Below, piece after piece: positions 11,644 to 25,500 of a DNA stretch of 64,000 nt. This stretch comes from Balanoglossus misakiensis (lineage: Eukaryota > Animalia > Hemichordata): positions 762,859 to 826,858 of the forward strand of contig CM082597.2 of NCBI GenBank assembly GCA_040954595.2, written 5' to 3'. The translations under genes and the position numbers were made by a program. The number at the start of each line of letters is the position of its first letter. The stretch's first letter is position 1. The notes below the pieces were generated by a model that saw only the letters and a list, made by a program, of their open reading frames with translations, was not told the DNA's origin and searched no databases.

Positions 11644-14600
11644 ATGTTGAAGCGTGCTCGTGTGTTCCTGGAATCGAAGCAGAAGAAAATCAAAGATGTG
11701 ATTTGCTTGTCGACAGCAGGTAAACACCATGCACTTTATATGTTCAATAACATCCAGGCACAGAATACAGGCACATTGTTGTTTTTTATGCATGCTCGCC
11801 TTGTTAATTATATATCGAGGGAACGGAAATAACCCGGCCAGGGAGTTTACCATGTCGTACCGTCTTGTGCAATGGAGTGCGTCGTTTAGACTTAGACCTA
11901 CTGCGATAGTTTAAGTAAATCGGGATACATAGACACATTCAGTTTTGCCTTTCTCAACAAACCACGTAGCTTGTCCCGAAAATGAGGTCACGAAACAGCC
12001 AAAGACGACATCATCAACTCACAATGCACTTTACAAATTACCAGGCACGTATATATTACGAATTATGCAAACGTTGGAAACCATGTATCGCAGCTGCAAA
12101 ATAACTCAAGGCTATCATTATCAACTGTGCGATACTTATAAACCAGGCGAACGTTTTTTTCTCCAGGGTCTATGGCTAAAGTTTGCAACACGTTTCGTGA
12201 ATTTGAACAAAACAATAGTACCCCGTGGCAACTTAAAACACGTAGTTACGAGTCTCAAACGGGGATTCATGATTGGTGTAATAGACATGTTGTTAATTGC
12301 TTCGATGATCGCAATTACGGAATTATTATATGCATGTATTTTACTCGAACTCGAAAGCAGCGACGTTCTGAATTATTTGTATGTACGCCTACGCTGCCTT
12401 ATACTTCATGTTGTTTACGCATTGGCGGTCAGGGTTCGTTGATACGATAACACCGTATCATTTCTTGATAAGTTCGTCTGCCATGCGTTATCGGGTCATG
12501 AACTCTGTTGACTGGAAAAAGCCCATTCTTTTAGTTACTTCTTACCCCAGCTTTTTACTTTACTAAGCTTTTAGTGGTGGCTGTGCCACTATTTGTTTGT
12601 GGTTGTACTAACTCCGTTTGTCACGTACGTGTTGTGAAATGTCCACGATTTGCATTTGGCCCCCAAGTACGCGCCCAGGTTGACCCCAGTTGCATAATAA
12701 AAGCATACGTTTTCTCTTCATATGTATAAAATGATTTTGTAGACCATTTAGGCGATTCAAGATTTATGAAAAACTAAACAAATCCATTTCATACACGCAT
12801 GTAACTTTCATGCGTGTTCATATCACGTACATAGGTTATTAACGACTGAACCAAGGAGTACTAGATTAACCTTCAATGACCTTTTGAAAACAAGACTCCC
12901 TAGTTTAGTATAAATCCATGCGTTCGAACCATTTCTAGTTGTCTGCGCACCGTTTGCGCACTCAGTTGTAGTTTCTGGAGTCTTCTGAAAGACCCCACGT
13001 ACGATGGTGTCAGAGTTGTCCCAGAAAAGAACCGTACTATGTGAAATTGTTGATTTGAACCGCCACGAGAAGGTCACAATGTGACGGTAGGGTCTCCTTG
13101 TTTTTATTGTGAAGTTGATAGCTTCCGAGGAATCCTTGGTCGAGTTTGTAGACAAATATTATCGGGACCATGACGTGACCTGGACACTTGATTGATTGGG
13201 TCGCGCACGAGCAATCGCGGATACTTTTTTGATGACATCAACAGACTAAACGCTGCCAATACGAAGATTGCAGTTGGTGTGTCTTATTTCCCCATGAGAT
13301 ACTGTATGCGTCTTGTGAGGGGGAAAATTTGAGATGTTTAGGTCACGGTGTTCGACTTAACTCACGTCAAGACGCGTTCTGGTACTTATGCGAACTTGTA
13401 AATAGTAAACAAGAGAGGCAACCGCCCTCATGAAATGAGATGTCGGTGTTCACAAGCGATAGCGTTCAAACTATCGTCGTCTAGGCAGTTTAAGTTTATA
13501 TTGATGTGTGTGGAAAAGGGTACTGTCAGAACCATATGTTGGGTTGCTAATTTTTCCCACAATCGGACTCGAAACGGTGGTACGGTAATTATATAGAACA
13601 CAGTGGCCCTGAATTCTGTGAAAACCGGAAGTGAGCCAGTTTCTGCGGAGTGACTTTCGCTTTTCTTCTCAAAAAGCGGACAGAGAACAGTTCTGCCTTC
13701 TCGTTTCTCTCCCACGAAATTAAATGTTGTTTTGTCTTTTATTTTCAGGGGTGGCCCTGACTATCTTGGTCATAATATACTACCACAACGACTCCATCGT
13801 GGGATACGTTCCACTGCGTGTATGTATCTGCCTGTATCTACTGTTGGTCATCTACATAGCGTTGCAGTTACTGAGTCCAGGAACCAACGAGAACAATATA
13901 GTGGAGTGTCTGTGTATCTTGATGTTGACAGTGACCATGTCAGTGTTTGATCTGTCGTCCATGCTTTTTGATAGTTCTGGGATCTCCCGCAAAGAGCCGA
14001 AAGTTTATCGCTGGCTCCGATGTCTCCAGGAAGGACTTTTCTTCTCATCCTTGAATGCCGCTGTGCCGTTTTCTTCCAACTTGAACTTCTGGGCGTTTTA
14101 CCTCGTGACCTTGATAACCTTGCACTCTTTATTGACGAGTAACGAGGAAGAAGGCTTGTCGTATTTCTACGATGAAGATCACAGTTCCCGACAGAACACG
14201 GGCCGAAATGGCGTGAAATATCCCCTGGCTGCCCTTGTTGCTCTTATCAATTTTTACATCTTGAGTGACTCCACCATGCTTTGCAATTTAAATTCACTGT
14301 TTTTCGCAACTGGTTACTTTGTCCTTTCAGAAGGGTTCTTTGAGAAGTGCATGTCCAAAGCGTTGGCGTCATTGCAATTGTCGTTTGTGTGTGGATGCGA
14401 AGAGGCAATAAGTAAACTCATTCATGCAATCGGTGGTATCATCTTCAATTTCAGTCTTGTCATTTACCTTATTTACTTCAACGAAAAAATGTTCTGTGTC
14501 GCTTTTTTGTTCTTCTTTAATATCTACAAACCGGCCAGGTTCATCAATGAATCCCTTCTGGTCCAAATACGACAACACATGCGAAAAATGAATAATTTCC

Positions 14601-14782
14601 GAACTGCCAGTGCTGATGAACTTCGACGATTTGACGATGTGTGTGCAATCTGTCTGATGTCCATGAAAAGTGCTGTGGTCACTAAGTGTTCACATACCTT
14701 CCATCGACAGTGTTTACAGAGATGTTTGTTGATAAACAACTGGTGTCCACTCTGTAAACAAATCATCATATTTCAGAGATAG
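11644..14782 (+). CDS. Multipass membrane RING-H2 E3 ubiquitin ligase, RNF145/RNF139(TRC8)-like, ~369 aa, 2 exons
   Basis: Exon 1 11644-11719 (MLKRARVFLESKQKKIKDVICLSTA; phase-1 donor G|GTAAAC) joins the acceptor ttttcag|GG at 13749 in frame with ORF 13724..14782. Several hydrophobic segments. C-terminal FRTASADELRRFDDVCAIC..CSHTFH..C..CPLC matches the C3H2C3 RING of the TRC8/RNF145 type. Exon 2 is certain; exon 1 is inferred. Confidence 0.85.
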
Positions 14783-15472
14783 CAAATTTACAGAGTCAGA
14801 CAATTTAATGGTAGTGAGCAATCTCGTGGACACCTCTGTGAACAGAAATGCATGATTCATAGATGGTGAAAACTCATCATTAATAACATATTAGTTTTAC
14901 AGTCACCAAAGTTGAAGACAATCCATTGTATAAGCTGGTACCACTGTATTTGTACATGTATTAGAGTAACAGAAATCAGTAGTCACTGGTCTCACATGGG
15001 TAATGATTTCACCCCTTTCCCTGCATAATGGTTTCATCCATGCCTTGAAAAGACAATGGAACAAACCATTCTGTGGAGGTGAAAGTGTCAATCACTCCAG
15101 AGCTGAAGGTGAGGCATGGTGTATAGAAATGCAAATTGTGGATGAGTTTGGATAAAACAGTACTTTTTTTTTCTGAATTACGTTAAATAAGTTGTAGTCA
15201 TCAAATTGTAGATCTCAGCAGCTGCAATTGGCTGATTCTAGATACACCTGGTAGCAATAGCCAATCACAGTCAAGCTTCAGTAAAAGATTCACATTGACC
15301 ATCAACTTGAGTAGTCATTTTCAGTTTAACAGGTCGTTCAGTTTACATACAGATTATCTGATACTCTCTTTGCCATTCTAGACATTATATTGTATTTTCA
15401 CACAACAGGGAAAAAGTTTCAACTTTTTCCACAATATTGTCATGGTGTTTATTGTAACACAGCATAGTCTGT

Positions 15473-15565
15473 TTAACCCTTTTACCACAATGGTCCAGTC
15501 TAAATCCATTGTTTTCTATGGTAAAGTTGGACCTGTATACAGAGAACCGGGGGTGAAAGGATTAA
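15473..15565. mobile_element. ~90-bp MITE-like element flanked by TTAA (piggyBac-like), copy 2
   Basis: ttaacccttttacc...ggtgaaaggattaa terminal inverted repeats with TTAA at both ends. Similar to 5793..5882 in the opposite orientation. Confidence 0.65.
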
Positions 15566-17059
15566 ACTCAGTATCAAATGTGCTGTTCAGTATAATCAGA
15601 ATCCAGTTTACAGAGGTTGCACTCTTGTCTTATATTGCTGCCTTATCTGTATTTCAAAATTTGAATCATACATGAATTATTTTCTTAAAATGAACATGAA
15701 AGTATCACTGGTCTGATTTGATGTTAATTATTCTCGTGTAATCACGGTAGATGTATTCAGCCCATTTCTACTAGAGGTAGGGGTGTGCTTTATCAGACAA
15801 ATAGGCGAAGTGAAAAAAATGTTTCACTGGACAATATTTAAATTTTCTATGTAAAAAATGAACCACCAGAATCTATTTTACAAAAACTATATTAAAAAGC
15901 ATCGTTACTTTGTTTAAAAATGCATTTTTTGACTTTTTGTTTTCATAACTGCCAATATTGTTGGTTGATTGTTTTCCTTTGTACAGTCACCTTGCATAAG
16001 TTGTTTGTATATTCTTACAATTTCACCATGACTTCTATTTGATGTAAACCTCTGATATTTTCATTTAACCAAGGTTCTGTTTAGAGGGTTGATGGAAAAA
16101 GTTCTGTTGACTGAAGTTCATTGAAATTACTTTCAGTTTTCATCTTGACGTTATGAGAATGGTCAATATGAATAAAGTACATCGTAAAATCAGTGTTGAT
16201 TCTGCTAAGCTGTGATTTGTGCCTTTTTTTTACGGCAGCTATAGTCCTAACAAAACACTGTGCTAGCAATGGGTTAACCCAAGCTAGCCCTGGTTTAACC
16301 CAGCTGGAAACCGACTTCATGTGTTCTGTATGCAGGTCAAAATGGCAGCAGAAACAAAGTTACAGCTATCATTATTGTCCTCCGACAGTTTATTGGAATA
16401 GAAACACATGTATACATTCAGACTAACATCACCATCCTGGATGGTGCCGACTTGGGAGAAATTACTTAACAATACATTAAATGATTTCAAATAGTAATAT
16501 TTTACATTCAAAATTATTCGAATAAATTTACAATATAGATTAATGATGACAAACATTGTTTCACAATTATAAGATAAAATACTTTTAATTGAATACATGT
16601 AATTAACAGTAAATGACGGTGTTCTATATTTACAATATATATTAAATACATTGGACGGTTTGGATTGACATCTCCAAATATTAATACAAGAATACTTGAT
16701 GTTATGTATATTAAGCTGATGTGATGACGGTGCAGTGCTACCGTGTGTCCCTCTAATATGTATCAACATGGAACAACTAATACAGTTAACACATAATTGG
16801 TGATGTAAACTAAATTAGATCTGTTCCTAATGATACCTTTTAAATTTCACATTTTACGGTGGGTAGGTGGTAGATTTTTAACGAATCCACGACACTGTGT
16901 GAAAATTTATTAGATGATATTGATAGTAGGGATACAAAGTATTAGCAGAAATGTCTTATAAATCCCTTGAGACTTGGCCTGGGTCATGTCACCCAACAAC
17001 CTGGTGTCAACGCAGACTGGCGAAGTTATTTGCACAACTCACTATAGGTGGCGTCCTTC

Positions 17060-19542
17060 TCACAACCAAGCCTTCTTACTGCAGGAACTTGCACCTGCAA
17101 GAAACGGTAATATAATGAAGTTAGCGAACTGTCTGGTACTGAGAATGATTCGTTGGGCAAGAGTAGAGAAGACAAACTGCAATTTGAATGCAAAAAATGA
17201 AAAAAATCCATCCTGTGAACAAGTAGACGGAATCCCACTATCCGTTGGTGGGCGTACTCACTGTTAGTACGTGATGTGGTTCCTTCTTGATTTTTCATCT
17301 TGTCAATCACGCTTGACTCGGTGACCGACGCAGACCGTACATACGATGACGTGCGTCCCATACTTGAAACTCCCAGAGTGGACGTCAGTCTCTTCCTTCT
17401 CAACACAAACGCTTTGGTCACCTTCATGAGAAAGACATAGTTGAATATTTTTTTCTATTTCAATGATTTACGTGGAAAAACATTGAATGGAAAATATATA
17501 TGTAATTTAAAGATTTAATGCTTTTCAGACAAACAGCGAACAAAGTAGGCTTACAGGAAAACATATGTAAACATTTTGGAAGACCGTCTGGTATTTTTAT
17601 TTCCATTCAGCTTTAGAGAAGAGTATAGGTAATGCTAGTTACTGTGGCTTTTGTGTTCTTGGAGATGGAGACAGACAGACGGATAGGCACTGAGAGACCT
17701 GCTGTTCTTACCTCGTCATTTGTCACACACTGGAACAGGAAGATGAGGACTCCCTAGAGTTTTAATAAAACAGACACTTTAGTTCGTAGCCGCTGTTATC
17801 AAATTCTCTGACTGGAACGCAGAAACGCATCACCACAACCAACCTACTTTGCGTTTACCTTCAACCCCAGACGTACTTCTATAAAGGTGACACTGTATCC
17901 GAAGCAACCAGGTATTAGTAGTCACGTTTCACACCTAAATTCAATAAGGTTGCTGTAACTGCTATTTATAGAACGTAACGATGGACTAAACTAGCTCTTT
18001 GAAAGGCCGGCACTTTGCTGTCGTGTCACGTATTAGAGCCTTTTCCGCTAGTTTATTGAAATGTGTCAGCCCAAATGTACAGAACTAATACGCCAGCAGC
18101 TTACCTGCGTCGAGTTTAGAATAACGAACAAATATTGGAAAACCACAGTCTCTGAGCTAACAGCAAATAAACCAAATAACCACGTCAACCCCAGTAGTGG
18201 CTGAAGAATCAGTACGGCTCGAACTCCGGCTCTGAACGAAAGACAGAATGCGAAAATGACTTGCATGATCAGGTAGATACTTTTCATGCGTGGAGTGTTC
18301 ACTCACCACTCGTGATTTCAATAAAAAATTATGAACCTTATATAAGGTAATTGAAAGAAGAAATGTAGAACAGAAAAGAAAGCTTACTTGAGTCGCTGCA
18401 TCTCGGTCTTGTCGATGTTTGCCTTCAACGTCATCAGTATGCGGATCACCATCACCATGACAACGGTATTTAACTAGATTAGTAAAAGACGTACAGAAAC
18501 AGAGTCATAATTCCTATCGCCCATGTCCAAGGTTAAGCCAAATACACGATCTGCTTTGATCTGCTTTTTACTTGTGTTCAGTGATATTTACGGAGGATAG
18601 AAGCTTTAATGACTTCTGACTGAAAATGAGGGCTAACTGTCATTGAATACTTACTGCAATTACAAACAAAGCTGGTCCGACGAAAGCCCAGATGGAACCG
18701 GTTTTTATGGACAACCAACAGCTGTAACAAATTATAAAAACAATGTAAATTTCATCCAAGTATCTGTATTTCGTTGACAAATGTCACAAAAGCAGTTTAT
18801 CGGGATTGGTGTTCATGACAAATACCTTTTCTTGTCTTCATAGTTATCATAATGGACGGCCAGCGTTACTCCTACAATTATTAATGGCATTCCTGAAATT
18901 GGAAAAAAAGTACGTAGGTGTAAGCTTAGCAAGTTCAGGAGTGAGAAAGTACAGTGTGAATAGAAATGATATTGAATTCGGGAAGTAAGTTAATCCGCAC
19001 ACATTACATTAATCAGACTGTGAACTTTCAGGTGTGCAACTGTAAAAGTGTATGAACGCTGTAATCTAATATGAGGCTGTCCCCCGAAGGATTAAAGGTG
19101 ACTTACCCCACCCAATAGCTCCAAAGATCCATGTCCGAACTCCTTTACTGAAAGCTGCATTTGTTTTCACGTAAAGAAGAATTCCTTCGACGAGCATCCA
19201 GACAAACACTGCCATCCACGAGTAATGAATGGTAACCGCGATGAACTTGCACAGTTGCTAAGAAACAAAAGTTTCGGGATAAGTACTGTACATTGAACAA
19301 TTTAAATTCACAATTTTCTGAAATCATAAGTCGTTAATCGGTCTTCAACGTTGTCGTGTGCCTTTTTAATGCTTTCAAGTTTAATGATACTAGTCCCAGA
19401 AAAAAACTCACCGGATCATTTTGTTCCAGTCCAAATAAGGTCATGCATAGAGCTATCAGTAATGCCAAGGTCAAGTTTGCGTGGATAATGATTCGTTGAG
19501 AAGTGTATAATCTGAAGAGATGAGGAGAGCGTCAGATTGGTG

Positions 19543-19598
<56 letters not shown>

Positions 19599-22500
19599 AA
19601 ATAAATAAATAACAATAACAGTGGATATACACTTTGTACACCTACTTCAGAATTCCATAACACGCTAGGGTTATAACCAGACAGATAATTGAACACACTC
19701 CCCCGATGTAAGATATGTATGACAAGACAGGAAGACTGTGATTCTGAAAGAAAGAACACAAATGGACAGGCTAAAACAGTGATAGATACCAACAACGCCG
19801 GAAGTCGGCGCCCGGGGCCGAGCATTTTAAACATGGGATTACGTCAGACATGGTGCACCTGTCGAAAAGCGACCAACAAGGAATTTGCATATAAGAGCAA
19901 TGCAAACCCTGCGCTTTCCTTCATGTTTGAGACTCGTCTCGTTCGATATCGAAGCAGACACAGTACAGTGAAGATTTACGTGCTATTTGGCTTCATAATT
20001 TGGACATCAACGGACATCACCAAGAACGTGTGCCGGTTTGTAATAATACAGAAGCAGGATGAAAGGAACTATGAGCAGTGAAAATTCATGTGTCGCGTCT
20101 CGACTCCTGCCTCGAGCAAGCTGCACGCTGTTGCACGATGCAATGCGTACATCAAACTCAGGTCTGACTGCGTCTTCGTCGCGGCCTCATACTGTTTTTA
20201 CCAAGAGGTGAGTTACAAAACCATGTCTTATTTTATCTGTGTACAAAATATCGACTTAAAGGGCGACCATCGTCTTATGTGCATGTGTCAAACTAGAACT
20301 ATTTGAATACGTCGAACGCAAAATTTGCAACGTAATGTTCGTACACACGAAATTACGCACATGCGCAAACTCACCTCAAATTCAACAACTTGCATTAAGA
20401 CAGCAAAACTGGTCATGTGATTGCATGTGCATTTAGTTATATTTTCATTGGAAGCATCCTCGCTTGTTACGCATCCTTCACGTGACCAATCACCTCCATA
20501 GTGTCTGTATTATAATAAGTTCAGTCAGAAACAAGCAATATACTGATGTTACGTTATTGTTGGAAGATTATACTTAATTAACAAAGAACGCCATCATGAA
20601 TCATTCAAGTATACAGTACACGAGGAAACAGAAAACTATAAAAAAAACTCTTTATAATAAAATAAGTATATCACCTGTCATTATCCAGTTTCCAGAACGA
20701 ACACTCAGAATTGTAATTACTTTTCTGTAGATATAAGACAAGAAAAATACGTACACTATTCTCTTAAGACCAGGCAAATAATTTGGTTCCGATAATATCC
20801 CTTTCAAAGTGAACACAGTGTTCGCAGGTTGAATCATTTATTCCTGTTGCGTACCGTGGAGTCGTCACACACATTAAGATCTATTAGATGTGATTTGGGC
20901 TAATTGAGGATTTCCCTTCTGTGTATAAACTTCCATTTCTTATTGGCTCCCGGAATCAAGATGAAAAACCCAGTATTTAGCTTATCCACGTAGTCTCATA
21001 TGTGTAAGATCAGCGTTGTTATTGCTAAAAATCAAATTAACCGTCGTTACACGTATAAAAAGCTTTGCTTGAAAGAAAGGTACTATAGATGAAAAAATTG
21101 GGCCGTCAAACCTTGTCGATGGAGAACGTTATATCCAACTGGTTTTCGTCAGACACCGTTACGTCACCACTGGGTGAATGCATAAATGTGGACAGAACGT
21201 CACTTCCTATGTACTCGCTTTCGTCATGGGTTGAAAGGTCAGACGCATGCGCCATGATGGCGGACAGGGTCGGATAGGCAATAGCACCGAAGAACACTGT
21301 AAAGAATAAGAATTAGAGTCGATTTTACGACAATATCTCAGTGATGGGAGTGATTATGCATGCACAATCAATTAAATGCTAGCTACAAATCTTCTCAAGC
21401 ACATAAGTATGTACGTAAAGCACGGAAATGTCCCATTCAGTATTTTTCAAGCCATAAAATTCAATTGAATTGGCTGTCCCAGTCTGTGACGTCATACTGT
21501 TATGTTTTCACTTACCGTCAAGCGGTTGAAATGCACCGTGTGGTACCGTTATGTTGATTTCCCGACCATCAACAATCAGAGTGTATGCAATATCAGTATC
21601 ATTCGATGTTGGTAATTTGAGAATGAAGACAACTAAGAGAAAAATTAGAGAAAGTGTGTAATATTGTGTTAACAGAATGTATTAACATAGCCAAGAATAT
21701 AGAAAGAGACGAAATCGATTTCACACATTGATATATTACGAAAGTTACACAGGAACACTTTGACAATCTTTATGTATTCTCATTACAGCTGCTCTCGAAC
21801 GTCCTGGATGCGATAAAGTAAAGGTTGAACTGATGGTGCACGTTAAAGGAGGTAAATCAATTCTGTAAATTTATCTTACCGATATTAGAATACACGTACT
21901 CCATCTTATATGGTTCTGTTTGTTTATACTGTGCAACATACAGAGTAAACTCTTCCATTAGTGACAGGAATTCGGAAAGCATGCTTTGATGGACCTGTTG
22001 AAGAAATACATATGAATTGTTAAAGTCTTTCTAAGGTTTTCTGATTAAGTACTCGGCACTTAATCCTACTGTCAACTTATGGAGCTTGTACAGTCTGCAC
22101 TTTAATCCACTTACCCCACCTGAACTAAATATTTTGGCATCGATGTGATTTAAAAAATCTCTTAAGGAGCTAGATGATAATTGGTAACAACAATAAGTGG
22201 AGTTTAAACACAGCTGAGGTCTTTTCTTTGATTTAGAGAACGACGGTCGCCATTTGCAATGGATGTCATAAATTGCACGAAACAGTATGGTTAAATCAAC
22301 GCCAATTGGCAACCGAATAACTCACATTTACATGAACATCTGAACATTTGCACCCAGAAAGATCCAATTATCCACGTATCAATAAATTAATCAACCCATC
22401 TATCAAAAATGTTAACACTGACAATAAAATGGATATCGGAATCAAATGTGTGTGTTTTCTCGCACGCCAGAGCTTTTGTATGACGCATCGGGAAAGAAGT

Positions 22501-25500
22501 GCAGGAGGTGACTGTTTAAAAGCATTAACAAATTTGGCCTCCACGGATTCAAAATGGCTAATGGGTATAGAATGCTAAGCTACCATCTACACAGTCCACT
22601 TGTTATTTCCTACGTCACTTCCTGATCAAATTGTTTTCATCAAAAGTGTGCTACTCGAAAATACACGCGATTTCCTCTTTCCTGTTGCAATTATTGGCAC
22701 AGGTCTCACTTAGACATCCTAAAATAAAACTTTAAATGTCACAGAAATGAACCACGATTCCAGGTAGTCCATTAAACCAATGACTTTAATCTCAAGCATT
22801 TTCCGCATTAAGTGTGTTGTAATATTTCTACATAAAAGGAGTAAATCCCAACTGAATTGTAGTAACAACGTTTTATTTCTGCCAGGCATGACTTTTCCTG
22901 GAAAAAGCATTAGATAATGCATTTCAGGGAAAGTCAATGATCATTTTCTCCTATAAACCACGGCCATTACCAGTTGTTTGTTCAACCATTCGCGTTAAAA
23001 AGCTTGACATTTAGCACCGGTCAGTAATCAACTTCAATAAGTTGTCGCGTATATACAACGACCTTTCCTGAGTGACTCTTACCTGGAGTGCTTCGGTGTA
23101 TGTCTCCAGATGGTCCAATCGAAGCAGATCATTAACTATCGACAGGAAAGCCTTTATGAATAACAGAATGATATTGGGTACCATCAGAATCTCCAGTACA
23201 TGTACTTGTCATGTAGTTAACATAGACCGTGATGTCAGTAACACAGCGTAACTAGCACTTGATAATTGTGACTGAGAGTAGTACTTCCGGATCAGTAAGT
23301 AAATATATTAAACGTCAACCTTGAGTATTGTAGTAGGGGGGCCTACATGAACTTCAATTTTGTTGACAACGTCGGAACTTGTATTCCCCAACACTGTGTG
23401 ATGAATTTCAGGGAGGCCACAGCTGGGTAAACTATAAGTAACTATGTACCGATCCAAAGTTGCTCTTTAGATGGTGAAAGGTACTCCCTTGACAATAGCA
23501 AAGAGGGCTTTCTTTTTATCACTGCGCCACAAAGTTTAAAGCCCTACGAAGCAAATAATGTCACATGTGCCTTAACTGGTTTAAAATCGACAGTCATACC
23601 TTAGTTGTGTTTTCTTCCATGGCTGCGTATTCGGTGACGAATTGCAGGATGACTATAGTGTCCAGTAAATCTTCTTCAGACAGCGTATAACCTGGGTCAG
23701 TTATTTTGTTTTTGACAATTTCTAGGACGTATTCACTGCTGTCAATACCTAAAGACTTCCCCAGTCTATGTAAGGATTCTGCGATTTCCCCAAGTGGTGA
23801 GGTCTATATTGAAAGCAAACATTCAAACATCACTATATAAAACAAAGAATAAACTTTATTGTTTCCTGAACCAAAATGAAGATTTCGTCTGACAATCATA
23901 CCACTCCATATATCCAAAGTTGAAATCAAATTGAATAAAAAACATCTTACAACAATCTAAGCTCCCCGAGTACAAACCTCAGTTATCGGGTCGTATTCTG
24001 AAAAAACAACAACAACAAAAAGGTGTATATTAGCACATGTTTGTCATAAATAAATTTAGTTAACGAGTATAAGCTTTTGTTCTATTGTAGTGTAAGATGT
24101 CACCCGCTATGTAGTATTGTATTGTTTTGTATCGCGCTCCTCTTGAATTAGAGGATGTTCATATAACTATATTTCCTATATCATTATTAAACTTACTTCC
24201 CGGTGCATATTCACACACAAAGTGCAACTTTTCTTCACAACTGACACTTCTGTACATTGAACCATCGCCAGATGTTGCCATGACAACACAGTTCTTGAAA
24301 CCGGAATTATCCGGTTGGTCTTCGTCCCATTTGTCGTAGCCTAACTCTGTTCCATCAGTCCACAAAAAATCTGACGTGGGTTTCAGATTATTCAAACCTA
24401 TCAAATATGATGAATTTCCTGAAGAAGGAACAAAACAGAATTAAACACCATGCGTTCCAATATGTGTCAGCAATCATTTCCTCAGCCCCCTAATATAAAT
24501 TCATGAAAGCACTGTGAAATTCATTATTTCTCTCCAAATTTAGCAAATTAATATAAACATTTGGGATCCAGCCAATCTCATATATGTACATGGTCAGTAG
24601 AAGACAAGTACAACTTGTTTCTTTTATACATTTACAACTTCATTATTTCATTAAATTGACGGCAACAAATAAAGTAAAGGTAATATATTAGCTAAAATGG
24701 TTTGTACAATATTGTATTGTCATTGCTATAGGGCCTAATTGTTTAATAATGAATACATGTTTACCTACCATGCCCTGCGTTATAGGACATCCACTCGAAT
24801 TCATCTAAGTTTTCTATGTCAAGCAGTGACCCCCATCTTTCTGAATAACAAAATGTCATACTCTCGCCATAATTTTTCCCTTCTTCATTTCTCTCGTAGA
24901 ATGCGTAACAGCGACCGTTGTGTGATATACCACCGGGTCCACATGGATGAGTGTTGGCTGGGCAAAGTAATACAATGGAAATGGTAAGTGGCCATCTACT
25001 ATATGATTACTAAAAAATTATAATGGGGTAGATTGTCGATATTCATTTATGAATACCTGGTAAAAATTTAATATACATTGTAAATGGTTTTAATAATTAG
25101 TGAGGCCTATACTTACCATAAACAAGAACTTCACAAACACTAAGTGCCACACCGGAAGTAAGCTGCAGACTGACATATTGACCTTGGATGACGTCACCGC
25201 AGTGTTTCAAAATGTAGTTTCCGTTTCCTGTGTCGTCTGAGGTCACAGTTCCACACAGAGTATTCGATGCCAAAGAGGGTGCACCGCTCATACCAATGCG
25301 GATTTCTGTTCCAACAAGTGATTCTGCTGTAAAATTTATATAGCGTGATGAGTAATGTATTCCTGTCGAATCAACATAAGTTGAATAGTTTAGGAATGTC
25401 AAATTTACAGTCCTTTAGGGTCAAATCAGTGGTATACACTACGAAAAGAGACTACTAGATTACTGCATCATTTTACCTGGCTCCGGAGCTTTGACAATGG

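Noticed and set aside
19532-19834. 100-aa ORF with a poly-Leu run that looks like a membrane protein
   Set aside because: The poly-Leu comes from the (AAC)n microsatellite; the real TM1 exon (19743-19646) lies in another frame.
23310-23425. Possible extra GAIN-region exon (CGLPEIHHTVLGNTSSDVVNKIEVH...)
   Set aside because: Its phase does not fit the flanking phase-0 junction, the donor is weak, and 23600 splices cleanly to 23151.
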